From Candidatus Latescibacterota bacterium (GTDB lineage: Bacteria > Latescibacterota > UBA2968), in contig OZ244960.1 in assembly GCA_965222605.1 (NCBI GenBank), positions 1,472,001 to 1,536,000 of the forward strand: a DNA stretch of 64,000 nucleotides, read 5' to 3'. The first letter of the stretch is position 1; each line of letters begins with the position of its first letter. The position numbers and the translations under genes were made by a program. The notes beneath the pieces were generated by a model. It was given only the letters and a program-made list of their open reading frames with translations. It made no database searches and was not told where the DNA came from. Below, one piece after another: positions 10,334-20,134 of the stretch.

Positions 10334-10488
10334 CAAGATTTCCGATTGCCATCCAGCAAATCATTCACAAACTCATCGGCAATATCAAAACTTTCCTTCC
10401 ACGAGCAGTCATAAGTATAGCGTATAAACGCCACACCGCCCAGGATCATCAAAATCGCACACATCGCGAGCTTAAAAAGTATTCTCAT
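10333..10488 (-). CDS. Small 51-aa single-pass membrane protein (absent from the ORF track)
   Basis: MRILFKLAMCAILMILGGVAFIRYTYDCSWKESFDIADEFVNDLLDGNRKS*; AGAGGTGA RBS upstream; TGATG stop/start overlap with aroE; fills the gap exactly. Confidence 0.7.
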   Translation of the reverse strand: MRILFKLAMCAILMILGGVAFIRYTYDCSWKESFDIADEFVNDLLDGNRKS

Positions 10489-10491
10489 ATT

Positions 10492-11142
10492 TCACCTCTT
10501 TTGTTGAACAAGGTTCGATAAACACGCAAATAACCCGGCGAAATCGCGGCACATATCACCCGTATTTGACACCTGAGTTTCGCCCTCGGCTGCCAATCCT
10601 GCCAGTGCAAAGGCCAATCCCGTACGGGCATCGCCGCCGGCATCGACCTCTGTTCCCTGAAGGCGCACAGGCCCCTGCACCACCAGGCCATCGGGCATTT
10701 CGCCTACCTTAGCCCCCATTTGACGCAAATTTTGAATCACCAGTGACAGGCGGTCGATCTCCCCCTGTCGCAAGCCCTCTCCATCTCGAATAACCGTTTC
10801 GCCCGCGGCCTGCGTACCCAGCACAGCGAGAAAAGGCACTTCTCGAATAAATAAATCGGTCTGCTCGCCCCCTATGCGCGTGCGCCGCAATTCAGACCCC
10901 TGGACTTTAATCGTACGCGTCACTTTTGCCTTTGATCGCGTCACCTGAATGTCCAATTGCGCATTCAACCGCCGCAACAAATCCAATGCGCGTCGGGTCT
11001 TCCAATCGTCGCCCACGCAGTGAAGAGTCAAATCCGACTGCGATAACATCGCCGCAACACCGAGCAAATACAGCGTGGTCTCGGGATCTCCCGGTACATC
11101 GCATTCCCCAATAAGCCCACGCGCTTCTTTTACCTCATACAT
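10492..11142 (-). CDS. Half-length, single-domain EPSP synthase (AroA)-like protein with degenerate active site
   Basis: 216 aa; N-terminal GLIGECDVPGD runs directly into the AroA C-terminal half (GETVIRD, EIDRL, QMGAKV, DGLVVQG, GDART); about 210 aa of the other domain are absent. Confidence 0.75.
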   Translation of the reverse strand: MYEVKEARGLIGECDVPGDPETTLYLLGVAAMLSQSDLTLHCVGDDWKTRRALDLLRRLNAQLDIQVTRSKAKVTRTIKVQGSELRRTRIGGEQTDLFIREVPFLAVLGTQAAGETVIRDGEGLRQGEIDRLSLVIQNLRQMGAKVGEMPDGLVVQGPVRLQGTEVDAGGDARTGLAFALAGLAAEGETQVSNTGDMCRDFAGLFACLSNLVQQKR

Positions 11143-11152
11143 ACTGCTCTCC

Positions 11153-12262
11153 CTAACGCAACCGCACTTGATAACCCGCATCTCGCAAAATTTCGACAGA
11201 CCGCTCGGCTTCCTCCTGTTGCCCAAACCCCATCCGAATCGTCCCCCCTTCGCCCTCGCGCACTTTCAGGACTTCAATATCTTTGATATTGATCCCCTCG
11301 GCAGATAGACGCGATGCAACATCGGCAATAATACCAGGTTTGTCTTCTGCCACCAGCAAAATTTCGTGAAGCGGATGCAAAAAACCCTTGGAATCTCTGG
11401 GAATCTCCCCCCGAATGCGATTGGCATAGTCAAAATCTTCCGATAGTGCTTCTCGATCCACCTTCTCTCGTATCGCCGCAAGCGCGTCGAGATACGCATC
11501 GATCATCTCTCGAATAGGACCGGCATTCGTCTGACAAATATCTCGCCACATCGCAAACGGACTGGAGGCAATGCGCGTCAAATCGCGGAACCCACCCGCT
11601 GCCATTTGCAGGGGGAGACCATCGGCCTCATTGAGCCTGCCCACCAATCCCACGAGAGTGGTAGCCATCATCTGCGGCAAATGACTCACCGTCGCCGCGA
11701 CCCGATCATGCGTCTCGGCATCCATACGCATAGAACGCGCCCCAATGCATTGCACCAGTGCTGCAAGCGCATCCACAATTTTGTTGGGAACACCGCTTGC
11801 GGGCGTGAGAACATAAAGCGCGTTTTCAAACAAAAAGGGATCGGCTGCACCCACGCCGCTCTTTTCCGATCCCGCCATAGGATGCCCGCCCACAAAATGG
11901 ACATCTTCACGCGCGACCTGTTCTGCACATGCGACAATCGCGCCCTTTGTGCTGCCCACGTCTGTGATAATGCAACCCGGCGAGGCCGCTTGTACGACCG
12001 CGGACAACTGCTCCAGAATACGCACAATGGGCGAACACAAAAATACCAGATCTGACCGTTTTACGCCATTGTCCATTTCGTCGTATTCATAGCCACTGTC
12101 AATCACATCGAGCGCACGGGCCTCTCGCAGGGTCTCCGCGCGGCTAATACCAATAATCTCGCGCCCAATACCCAGTCGCTTAAACGCCAACCCCAATGAC
12201 CCGCCAATCAACCCCACACCCACAATGGCAATCGTCGCATCTCTAAATAGAGGATCGTTCAT
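11153..12262 (-). CDS. tyrA: Prephenate/arogenate dehydrogenase with C-terminal ACT domain
   Basis: GVGLIGGSL, TDVGSTK, GGHPMAGSE, SHLPQ, GFRDLTRIASS; EDKPGIIA ACT motif. Confidence 0.92.
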   Translation of the reverse strand: MNDPLFRDATIAIVGVGLIGGSLGLAFKRLGIGREIIGISRAETLREARALDVIDSGYEYDEMDNGVKRSDLVFLCSPIVRILEQLSAVVQAASPGCIITDVGSTKGAIVACAEQVAREDVHFVGGHPMAGSEKSGVGAADPFLFENALYVLTPASGVPNKIVDALAALVQCIGARSMRMDAETHDRVAATVSHLPQMMATTLVGLVGRLNEADGLPLQMAAGGFRDLTRIASSPFAMWRDICQTNAGPIREMIDAYLDALAAIREKVDREALSEDFDYANRIRGEIPRDSKGFLHPLHEILLVAEDKPGIIADVASRLSAEGINIKDIEVLKVREGEGGTIRMGFGQQEEAERSVEILRDAGYQVRLR

Positions 12263-12594
12263 ATTGGTGACCCAATTTCTAAATCCAAGGCAAATAAGAT
12301 AGCGTTTTTGATCTCTCTCATCACATTATCTGAAAGTTTGCCAAGCCTTCTTTCAAGCCGAACTTTCGGTACAGAACCGAGTCCCTGTACATTGGCATAA
12401 GAATCTTGATTCAGAAACCTCAACTTTGGCAGTACCACTTCGTAGGGACTTTCCCTGTATTGGGTTGTTAAAGGGATATAAGTTATCATAGCTCGTGGTG
12501 GGTCTGAATCGTAGCGAGATACCACGAGAACAGGTCGTGTTTTTGCAGCTAAACCGAGATCCGCTAGCCAGATCTCACCGGGTTGTGGGTTCAT
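12259..12594 (-). CDS. PemK/MazF family toxin
   Basis: QPGEIWLADLG, KTRPVLVVS, IPLTT; 111 aa; overlaps the upstream small ORF. Confidence 0.85.
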   Translation of the reverse strand: MNPQPGEIWLADLGLAAKTRPVLVVSRYDSDPPRAMITYIPLTTQYRESPYEVVLPKLRFLNQDSYANVQGLGSVPKVRLERRLGKLSDNVMREIKNAILFALDLEIGSPI

Positions 12595-12760
12595 CGAGTA
12601 GATTCAAAACCTCCTGTTCTACGGAACGCGATTGCATTATATCCAGGACATCCTGGTCTGCGAGATCGATAATTTCCGCAATGCGTTCCCTAACTTCCAC
12701 TACAGTATTGGGTTTCCATTCGCGTAATTTTGCGTCTAATTTTTCAGCTAACACATCCAT
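12575..12760 (-). CDS. Putative antitoxin
   Basis: 61-aa acidic ORF overlapping the toxin start, GGAGGA RBS; call rests on position. Confidence 0.65.
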   Translation of the reverse strand: MDVLAEKLDAKLREWKPNTVVEVRERIAEIIDLADQDVLDIMQSRSVEQEVLNLLDEPTTR

Positions 12761-12773
12761 TGCCTTTCCTCCA

Positions 12774-13061
12774 TTAGGCTGCTTGCGGTTTGACGTAAAC
12801 TTCGACTTGCATCCCCGCCAGCGTCAGCATATTAATCAATTTATCCACGCTAAACCGACGAATATCTCCCTGCATTAAATTACTAATGCGCGGCTGGGAT
12901 TCGCCAAAAAATGTAGCGGCTTGACTCTGGGTCCACCCCTTCGTTTCAATGTACTTTCTCAAGTCAAGCATTAAATCAGCCCGAACTTTTAAGCTCGCGG
13001 CTTCTTCCCGATCAAAACCGATATCTTCAAATACATTATCGCTTCCTTGAGTCACTTCCAT
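12774..13061 (-). CDS. XRE/HigA-like HTH protein (orphan antitoxin)
   Basis: GSDNVFEDIG, WTQSQAA, QPRISNL, FSVDKLINML; no HigB/RelE toxin upstream. Confidence 0.8.
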   Translation of the reverse strand: MEVTQGSDNVFEDIGFDREEAASLKVRADLMLDLRKYIETKGWTQSQAATFFGESQPRISNLMQGDIRRFSVDKLINMLTLAGMQVEVYVKPQAA

Positions 13062-13085
13062 AACGTCGTATCCTGTTCATTGGTT

Positions 13086-15489
13086 TTATGACGCTTCTTG
13101 ACCGAAGTCATTGGCAAAAATCAGAAAGTCACCAAATCCAATCACGCCATCGCCATCCAGATCAAACCGCGCGTCATACCCCTCATCGCCCCGACTTAAT
13201 CCGAACTGTGCTACAAAAAGCAAAAAGTCAGCAAAGCCAACAACACCGTCGCGATCAAAGTCGGGATTGGGGATTTGAGGAGCGATGTTAGACGACATAT
13301 CCCACAGCAAAACCGTGCCATCGTCTGCCCCCGAAGCGAGAGTTGTACCATCGGGCGAAAACGACACTGAACGGACCCAACCATTATGTCCAGCGAGGGT
13401 GGCGATATTTTCTCTTGTCACGACATCCCACATCAAAATCGTGCCATCGTTTCTCCCATAAGCGAGAGTTGTACCATCGGGCGAAAACGACACTGAGAAG
13501 GCCAAATTAGACGGAAGTGTGGTGATCTGTGTACCCGTCGCAACATCCCACAGGATGATCCCATCAGTATGCCCAGAAGCGAGAATTCCATCGCGAGAAA
13601 ACGAAAAAGAAAGCGGCCGCCCAAATCCAGTCTTTCTTGCGCTAAGGAGGGTATTCGTGCCTGTCGCCACATCCCATAGATTGAAGTCATGACCAAACCA
13701 CCCGGAAGCGATGGTTGTGCCGTCGGGTGAAAAAGCCACAATTTCAATTTCCTTCGGATTAGGTCCAAAGCTGGTGGATATTCGTCCCGTTTTCACATCC
13801 CATAGCTTAACCGTGGCATCGCTTGACCCGGAAGCGAGCATCGTCCCATCGGGCGAAAACGACACCGAAATGACCTGACTTGCAGTAGGTAGCAGCGCAA
13901 GGACACGAGACGTCGTCACTTCGTACAGCCACACGCCAATACCACTTGCCACAGCAAGGCGTTGCCCATCAGGCGAAAGCGTCACCGACTGACTGCTCTC
14001 GCCCAGGAGTCCTTTTCCCAAACTCAAGATTGCTCCATCGGGTAAATGCCATTTCTGAAGATCACCGTCCTCGCTTGGCGTAGTCAGCGTTCCAATACCC
14101 TTCGCATTAAATGTCACTGGCTCACGCCCAGCGATAGTTACTTCAACGATGTTTGCTCCCGGATTAGTACCAAGAGTAAGAATACTCTCTGCTCGACCAT
14201 TGGCATTGGTCGTTGTTTGCTCAAGGGAGAACTGACCGCTGAGTTTCCCATCGCCGGTGGTAACCATGAAGGTGACTTGTGCATCTGGTAGAGGGTTGCC
14301 GGACTGATCTCTGACTTCCACGATCAGGGGATGGGCCAACGTCGCCCCGGGCCTGGCCAGCTGCTCGTCGCCGGAGACTTTCATAATCGTTGGTAGCTCA
14401 GATGCATCTTCCGATAGTTTAAAAAATTCTAAGTTGATATTCCCGGCCATATCAACTGCTAAAACAAGGAACGGACAATTAGGAATTTGGGGAAAACCCG
14501 TAAAGCCAGAAAACCCAAAAAAACCCTTATAATCGAAAGTAACGACGGTATTTTTTTCTTCCATAAATCCACGACACTCCACCATCGCGGAGTATCCGTA
14601 GAAAGAAGATAGTAACACTTGATAAAGCCCATCTGAATCGCTGACTTCGAGTTGAATGGGGACGCTCTTTGAGCCTACTGAATACTCACGCGGTGAGATA
14701 AGTTTGATAGTGGGTGGTGGCGTCTCTTCAATTGGGATATCGGGATTGAAGTAGGGATGCACGGCCAAAAATTTGGCATGACAGGCAGATAACTGTGATT
14801 GACTCAATCCCAGGCCCCATACGACATGAGGTACGCGTTATCGCGGAAATCGTGATACAATCCAAAGGCATGCCCAAATTCATGTGCCGTTATATGTGTT
14901 ACATCCTCTACATATGCAATATAACGATGGGCAGGCATCGCGGCGAATCCACCAATTTTTCCCTGCGGCCTCCCCGCGGCGTGAACACTCCACTATTGTC
15001 AATGGCAACAAAGTAAATGTTTGCCTGTAGATCAAATACCTGTCCAATCTCCTCCTGTACAGTATAAAAAGGTTCGCCAAAATAGCCGCTATTGGGGTGT
15101 TGACCATCCACGCGATGAACCACCGGTTCATCCTGAGCATCGGTTTCAAAGCGAAAGGTCTTGCTCCCATACCCATGCGCCTGCATCTGTTCCGCATAAA
15201 AGGTCTGAACTCGGCGAATCGCAACTTTCATAGAATCAACCACTTCCTGACGAAAAGGACGATCATTGGGCAAGAAGTAGATCAATCGCACCGTGCGAGG
15301 TTCGCCTACGTTCAGATTCGCCAGTCGCTTGGCGGCAGGGCGCGGATGATCGCGCCGCCACTGCTCGTAATCGAACGGCAGACAGAAATGCACGCTATCG
15401 GCTGGTGAAGAAGCATAGACGGCAGCCATCGGCGAGAGCACGAGGATGACCAAGACAAAAAAGGCAGGATGAATAATGAATTTTTTCAC
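13086..15489 (-). pseudogene. Frameshifted gene for a secreted metzincin-type peptidase + Ig-like + WD40 repeats + paired EF-hand/dockerin-like tail
   Basis: Signal peptide in ORF 14908-15489; HEFGHAFGLYH...LMSY in a third frame (14884-14820); ORF 13086-14807 carries Ig-like, WD40 and DFDRDG/DLDGDG repeats; frame changes fall in homopolymer runs at about 14960 and 14812. Confidence 0.75.
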
Positions 15490-15515
15490 GAGTCTATTAT
15501 CCTATATAACTTCGG

Positions 15516-16541
15516 TTAAACCAAACCCGCCAATTCCTTCACAAACACTTCTGTATCTTCCCACCCCAGGCATGGATCAGTAATCGATTTCCCAAATATC
15601 CCCTCTTCGGGTTTTTGCGCGCCTTCCTCCAGATAACTCTCCACCATCAACCCGCGCACCACATTGTGAAGAAGCGAAGAATGGCGTCGGCTGCGCATCA
15701 CCTCCAGGCCAATGCGCGGCTGTTCGGAGAACGTTTTATTTGAATTGTTGTGATTGGTATCCACAATAATCGTCGGATTGCTCAGCTTCCGCGCCAGATA
15801 TTGCCCGGCAATATGGACCAAATCTTCGTAGTGATAATTGGGAAGACTTCGCCCGCTATATGCCACCCCGCGCAACACCGCATGCGTCAGCGAATTGCCC
15901 GACGTGCTAACTTCCCAACCATTGTGAAAAAACACATGCGGAATTTGTGCTGCATAAATGGCATTGAACATCACATCCAAATCCCCACCCGTTGGGTTTT
16001 TCATACCCGCAGGCACATCGACACCGCTAATAGTCAAGCGATGATTCTGATTTTCAACAGACCGCGCCCCCACGGCAATATAACTCAGCAAATCCTCCAC
16101 ATAAGGCAAATTCGAAGGATAGAGCATCTCATCGGCAGCCGTCAAATGCGACTCGCGAAAAGCGCGAATTTGCATCTTTCGAATGGTCTTAATCCCAACA
16201 ACCATATCGGGCGTACCTTCGGGATCGGGCTGGTGGGCCATGCCCTTATACCCCTCGCCAGTCGTGCGCGGTTTATTGGTATAAATCCGCGGCACGAGCA
16301 CCAATTTATCCACCACCTGCTCTTGAAGCCGCGCCAGGCGATTCACATATTCACACACCGCATCGACATTGTGGGCCGAGCACGGGCCAATAATCAACAA
16401 AAACTTATCGCTCTTGCGCTCAAAAATAGTCCGAATCTCGGCATCGCGTTCTTCTTTCTTAGCCTTCAAATCATCGGGCAGAGGCAAAGCGTCTTGGATT
16501 TCTTCCGCGCTGGGAATGGGCTGAATCCGTTTGAAACTCAT
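15516..16541 (-). CDS. aroF: DAHP synthase, class I-alpha
   Basis: IIGPCSAH, KPRTTGEGYKG, VGARS, GMKNP, DTNHNNS, SITDPCLGW; feedback-isozyme identity cannot be determined. Confidence 0.9.
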   Translation of the reverse strand: MSFKRIQPIPSAEEIQDALPLPDDLKAKKEERDAEIRTIFERKSDKFLLIIGPCSAHNVDAVCEYVNRLARLQEQVVDKLVLVPRIYTNKPRTTGEGYKGMAHQPDPEGTPDMVVGIKTIRKMQIRAFRESHLTAADEMLYPSNLPYVEDLLSYIAVGARSVENQNHRLTISGVDVPAGMKNPTGGDLDVMFNAIYAAQIPHVFFHNGWEVSTSGNSLTHAVLRGVAYSGRSLPNYHYEDLVHIAGQYLARKLSNPTIIVDTNHNNSNKTFSEQPRIGLEVMRSRRHSSLLHNVVRGLMVESYLEEGAQKPEEGIFGKSITDPCLGWEDTEVFVKELAGLV

Positions 16542-16561
16542 AAGAATACCTTTTTTACGAC

Positions 16562-16750
16562 CTGATGTTACGCATGTCTCGCGTTTCTGTCATGCTGAGG
16601 CGGGCGCAATGAATCTCCTGCGCCCAACACCCGATAGGCTGACGAAGCATCTTTTACCTATGCATATCGTTCAGGCAGCAGATTCTTCGACTCCGCTGCG
16701 CTCCGCTCAGAATGACAGGCGCATTATATTGTGCCTATGCGTAACGTCAG
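16562..16750. mobile_element. 189-bp MITE-like element with 14-bp terminal inverted repeats and 7-bp target-site duplication
   Basis: Ends CTGATGTTACGCAT / ATGCGTAACGTCAG (13/14 match); TTACGAC at 16555-16561 and 16751-16757; internal palindromes TGTCATGCTGAG..CTCAGAATGACA and CGAAGCATCT..AGATTCTTCG. Confidence 0.85.
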
Positions 16751-17032
16751 TTACGACTCTGAATCTGCGTGATCTTCTTCCAACCGCAATGACTCATCGA
16801 TAATCTGTCTAAAAATGCGTTGCGCTGCTTCGTGACTCAAAGGACCGCCATTCAATTCGCGAATGCGGTTGAGAATCAGGGTTTCCCGTTCGGGGGCATG
16901 CAGGGGCAAACCCGTGGTACGCTTAATTTTTCCCACAGACAGGGCACACCGGGCACGCTCATTGAGCAACTCGAGAATCTGTTCATTTAAGGCATCGATT
17001 TTCTCGCGCCAGAAATCCAGATCCTTCTCCAT
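16751..17032 (-). CDS. Monofunctional chorismate mutase (AroQ class)
   Basis: WREKIDALNEQILELLNERA, GKIK, PERE, IFRQII; 93 aa. Confidence 0.9.
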   Translation of the reverse strand: MEKDLDFWREKIDALNEQILELLNERARCALSVGKIKRTTGLPLHAPERETLILNRIRELNGGPLSHEAAQRIFRQIIDESLRLEEDHADSES

Positions 17033-17035
17033 AAC

Positions 17036-17839
17036 CTACACACCTTCTCTCAAAGGGCCGATCAAAGACCCGACAAAAGCACCGACCTTTGAAACCAGAT
17101 CGACATCGTTTTGGTACTCTCCCACACGACGTACAATCGCGCTACCAACCACAACCGCATCGGCATACCGCGCAATTTCCGACACATGCTCAGGCGTTGA
17201 AATACCAAACCCAACGGCGATGGGCATATCTGTATGCTCGCATATCGCAGACACCTTATTTTGAATTTCATCGGCCAAAAAATCGCGTTCTCCCGTCACC
17301 CCGGTGCGCGATACATAATAGACAAAACCCCTGGTATGCGACACAATCATCTTCATCCGATCATCGCGCGTGGTAGGCGTCATGAGAAAAATCGTATCCA
17401 GCCCGTGTACATCCATCTGCGCTTTGTAATCGTCGCCCTCTTCCGGAGGCAAATCCAGTATCAGTACGCCATCTACCCCCACATCTGCGGCGCGTTTTAC
17501 AAAGCGCTCCACCCCATAGCGATGAATCGGATTATAATACGTAAACAGCACAATGGGGATTTCGGTCTCAGCCCGCAACTCTGCAACCATAGACAACACG
17601 CCCTCGAGCGTTGCACCTGCGGCCAAAGCGCGTTGTGACGCCTCCTGAATCACGGGGCCATCCGCCAAAGGGTCGGAAAAGGGAACACCCAATTCCAGGA
17701 CATCCACACCTCGCCGATCCAATTCCAATACTACCTGATGCGTAGTATTTAAGTCCGGATCGCCCGCCGTAATATACGCGACAAAGCCCGTCCTACCCGC
17801 TTTTCTCAAATCTTTAAACCGCTGTCCAATCCGCGTCAT
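17036..17839 (-). CDS. trpA: Tryptophan synthase alpha chain
   Basis: [42 protein letters not shown]; ATG 17839 overlaps the trpB stop. Confidence 0.96.
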   Translation of the reverse strand: MTRIGQRFKDLRKAGRTGFVAYITAGDPDLNTTHQVVLELDRRGVDVLELGVPFSDPLADGPVIQEASQRALAAGATLEGVLSMVAELRAETEIPIVLFTYYNPIHRYGVERFVKRAADVGVDGVLILDLPPEEGDDYKAQMDVHGLDTIFLMTPTTRDDRMKMIVSHTRGFVYYVSRTGVTGERDFLADEIQNKVSAICEHTDMPIAVGFGISTPEHVSEIARYADAVVVGSAIVRRVGEYQNDVDLVSKVGAFVGSLIGPLREGV

Positions 17840-19041
17840 CTCATTCCTTCTATAAATCGCGCCGCTTGTTGCACATCTTTGTCCCCACGTCCCGATAAAT
17901 TGACAATCACAATCTGATCTCGACTCATCTCGGATGCCAACTTGCAAACATGCGCAATAGCGTGTGAACTCTCCAAAGCGGGAATAATCCCTTCGGTATG
18001 ACTGAGCAACTCAAAAGCACTGAGTGCTTCCTCATCCGTCGCATACGTATAAGCCGTGCGCGCCATATCCCGCAAATAACAATGCTCTGGCCCCACGCCC
18101 GAATAATCGAGACCCGCCGATACCGAATGCGTCAATGCGATTTGTCCATCATCATCTTGCAACACATAAATGCGCGCACCGTGCAAAACCCCCAAATCGC
18201 CACCATTAAACCGCGCAGCGTGCTCGCCAGACGCAATACCGTGACCGCCGGCCTCCACACCGATCATCTGCACATCGGCATCATCCAAAAAAGCGTGAAA
18301 CAACCCGATAGAATTGCTTCCCCCGCCCACACAGGCGACGAGCACATCGGGCAATCGGCCTTCTCTCTCCAAAATTTGAGCGCGGGCTTCAACGCCAATA
18401 ACCCGCTGAAAATCGCGCACAATCATCGGATACGGATGCGGTCCCAAAACCGAACCAAAGATGTAAAACGTATCCTCCACATTGGTCACCCAGTCGCGGA
18501 TGGCCTCATTAATCGCATCTTTCAGCGTTTTGCTACCCGAATGGACGCCCGTAACTTTCGCACCCAAAAGTCGCATGCGAAACACATTGAGCGCTTGCCT
18601 TTCCATATCTTCAACACCCATGTAAATTTCGCATTTGAGACCGAACATCGCCGCCACAGTTGCCGTTGCCACGCCGTGTTGACCGGCACCTGTCTCGGCA
18701 ATAATCCGCGTTTTGCCCATTCGGTTGGCGAGCAAAATCTGCCCCATGGCATGATTGATTTTATGCGCGCCCGTATGGGCGAGATCTTCGCGCTTGAGAT
18801 AAATTTTAGGCCCGCCGAGTTCTTCTGTCAACCGCTCGGCAAAATAAAGCGGCGTGGGTCGTCCGACATAATCGCACAAGTATCGATCCAGTTCAGCCCA
18901 AAACTCCGGATCGCGCTTTGCCTCCCGATAAGCCGCCTCCAGGTCTTGCAACAGCGCCATAAGCGTTTCGGGCACATACTGCCCACCATAAGGCCCAAAA
19001 TGCCCGCGCGCATCGGGCAAATCACTCGCGTTTACAGCCAT
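17836..19041 (-). CDS. trpB: Tryptophan synthase beta chain
   Basis: [14 protein letters not shown] (PLP lysine), [28 protein letters not shown]. Confidence 0.97.
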   Translation of the reverse strand: MAVNASDLPDARGHFGPYGGQYVPETLMALLQDLEAAYREAKRDPEFWAELDRYLCDYVGRPTPLYFAERLTEELGGPKIYLKREDLAHTGAHKINHAMGQILLANRMGKTRIIAETGAGQHGVATATVAAMFGLKCEIYMGVEDMERQALNVFRMRLLGAKVTGVHSGSKTLKDAINEAIRDWVTNVEDTFYIFGSVLGPHPYPMIVRDFQRVIGVEARAQILEREGRLPDVLVACVGGGSNSIGLFHAFLDDADVQMIGVEAGGHGIASGEHAARFNGGDLGVLHGARIYVLQDDDGQIALTHSVSAGLDYSGVGPEHCYLRDMARTAYTYATDEEALSAFELLSHTEGIIPALESSHAIAHVCKLASEMSRDQIVIVNLSGRGDKDVQQAARFIEGMR

Positions 19042-19054
19042 ATTGTATATCCCC

Positions 19055-20032
19055 TTAAATATCGCTAACCACACGGTCGTAAAATGCCAAATACTGCTCG
19101 CGGTCATCACCATCGAGCAATGCCATTGCCTCGCGGGGATGCTGGTTGTGCTGGCCGGTGATGTTATAGGGAACCAGAGGCCCCCACTTCATTTCTCGGC
19201 GCAACTTGACAAAATGATCCTCCAACAACCTATAGACCGGACGGATCTTAAACTTGGGATTCCGCAAAAAACCGAGCAACAATTCCATGGGACAATTGCC
19301 GGCACCGCGCCCCAATCCATCCACTGTGGCATCGACCCGATTGGCCCCTAAAATAATGGCCTCAATAGTATTGGCAAATGCCAGTTGCTGATTGTTGTGC
19401 GCGTGAATACCCACCTCTTTGCCCGTGCCTTTGGTTGCTTCCATATATTTTCGCACGAGCATATCAACTTGCTCGCGGTACAGAGCACCAAAACTATCCA
19501 CAACGCAAATCGTGCCCACAGGGGTTTGCATCAACACTTCTAATGCCTGATCAATCTCGACATCTTGCACAGTCGAAATCGCCATAATATTACAACTCGT
19601 TTCATACCCCTTCTCATGGGCATCGAGCAACATTTCAACCGTCTCGGGAATCTGCTCGACATAACACGCCACGCGCACCATATCGACCACACTCTCACTG
19701 GATGGCAGAATATCTTGAGCCCAATCGCTCTTGCCCGCATCGGCCATAATTGCGAGTTTCATCCCCGTCGCTTCGGGGTCGTGATCTCCCGTAATTTTGC
19801 GAATATCCTCTTCATCGCTGTGGCGGAACGTACCAAAATCTCTTTTGGGGAACATCTCCTTGGAATTTCGGTACCCAATTTCCATATAGTCAACACCCGC
19901 CGCGACACAGGTTTCATACACGGCTTTCACAAAATCATCATCAAAATGATGGTCATTCATCAAACCGCCATCGCGGATTGTACAATCGAGTACCTTGAGT
20001 TCCGGGCGGTAGGTAATCCAGGGTGCTTTCAT
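19055..20032 (-). CDS. DRE-TIM metallolyase / HMGL-like aldolase catalytic-domain protein
   Basis: [29 protein letters not shown]; substrate unknown. Confidence 0.8.
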   Translation of the reverse strand: MKAPWITYRPELKVLDCTIRDGGLMNDHHFDDDFVKAVYETCVAAGVDYMEIGYRNSKEMFPKRDFGTFRHSDEEDIRKITGDHDPEATGMKLAIMADAGKSDWAQDILPSSESVVDMVRVACYVEQIPETVEMLLDAHEKGYETSCNIMAISTVQDVEIDQALEVLMQTPVGTICVVDSFGALYREQVDMLVRKYMEATKGTGKEVGIHAHNNQQLAFANTIEAIILGANRVDATVDGLGRGAGNCPMELLLGFLRNPKFKIRPVYRLLEDHFVKLRREMKWGPLVPYNITGQHNQHPREAMALLDGDDREQYLAFYDRVVSDI

Positions 20033-20134
20033 AAAAAAATCCTTCCTTTGGGGTTACGTAGTTGATCCAAATAAGTTCAGTGATCTGGCTCGTCAAAAAT
20101 CTGTCTTCTTTTGCCTATTGTAGCACCTACCCAG

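Noticed and set aside
14804-14806. TGA after the metzincin motif as selenocysteine or read-through
   Set aside because: The protein-like continuation is in a different frame, so read-through would not restore the gene
14956-14964. Programmed -1 frameshift at AGGGAAAAA
   Set aside because: In-frame heptamer is G GAA AAA, not a canonical X XXY YYZ, and a second frame change is still needed downstream
16531-16803. 90-aa plus-strand ORF across the DAHP synthase / chorismate mutase gap
   Set aside because: It is a translation of the MITE sequence and overlaps both flanking genes
17998-19068. Long antisense ORFs (also 15750-16565, 43443-44414, 45329-46267, 56223-57239)
   Set aside because: They shadow well-supported genes on the other strand and show no recognisable motifs
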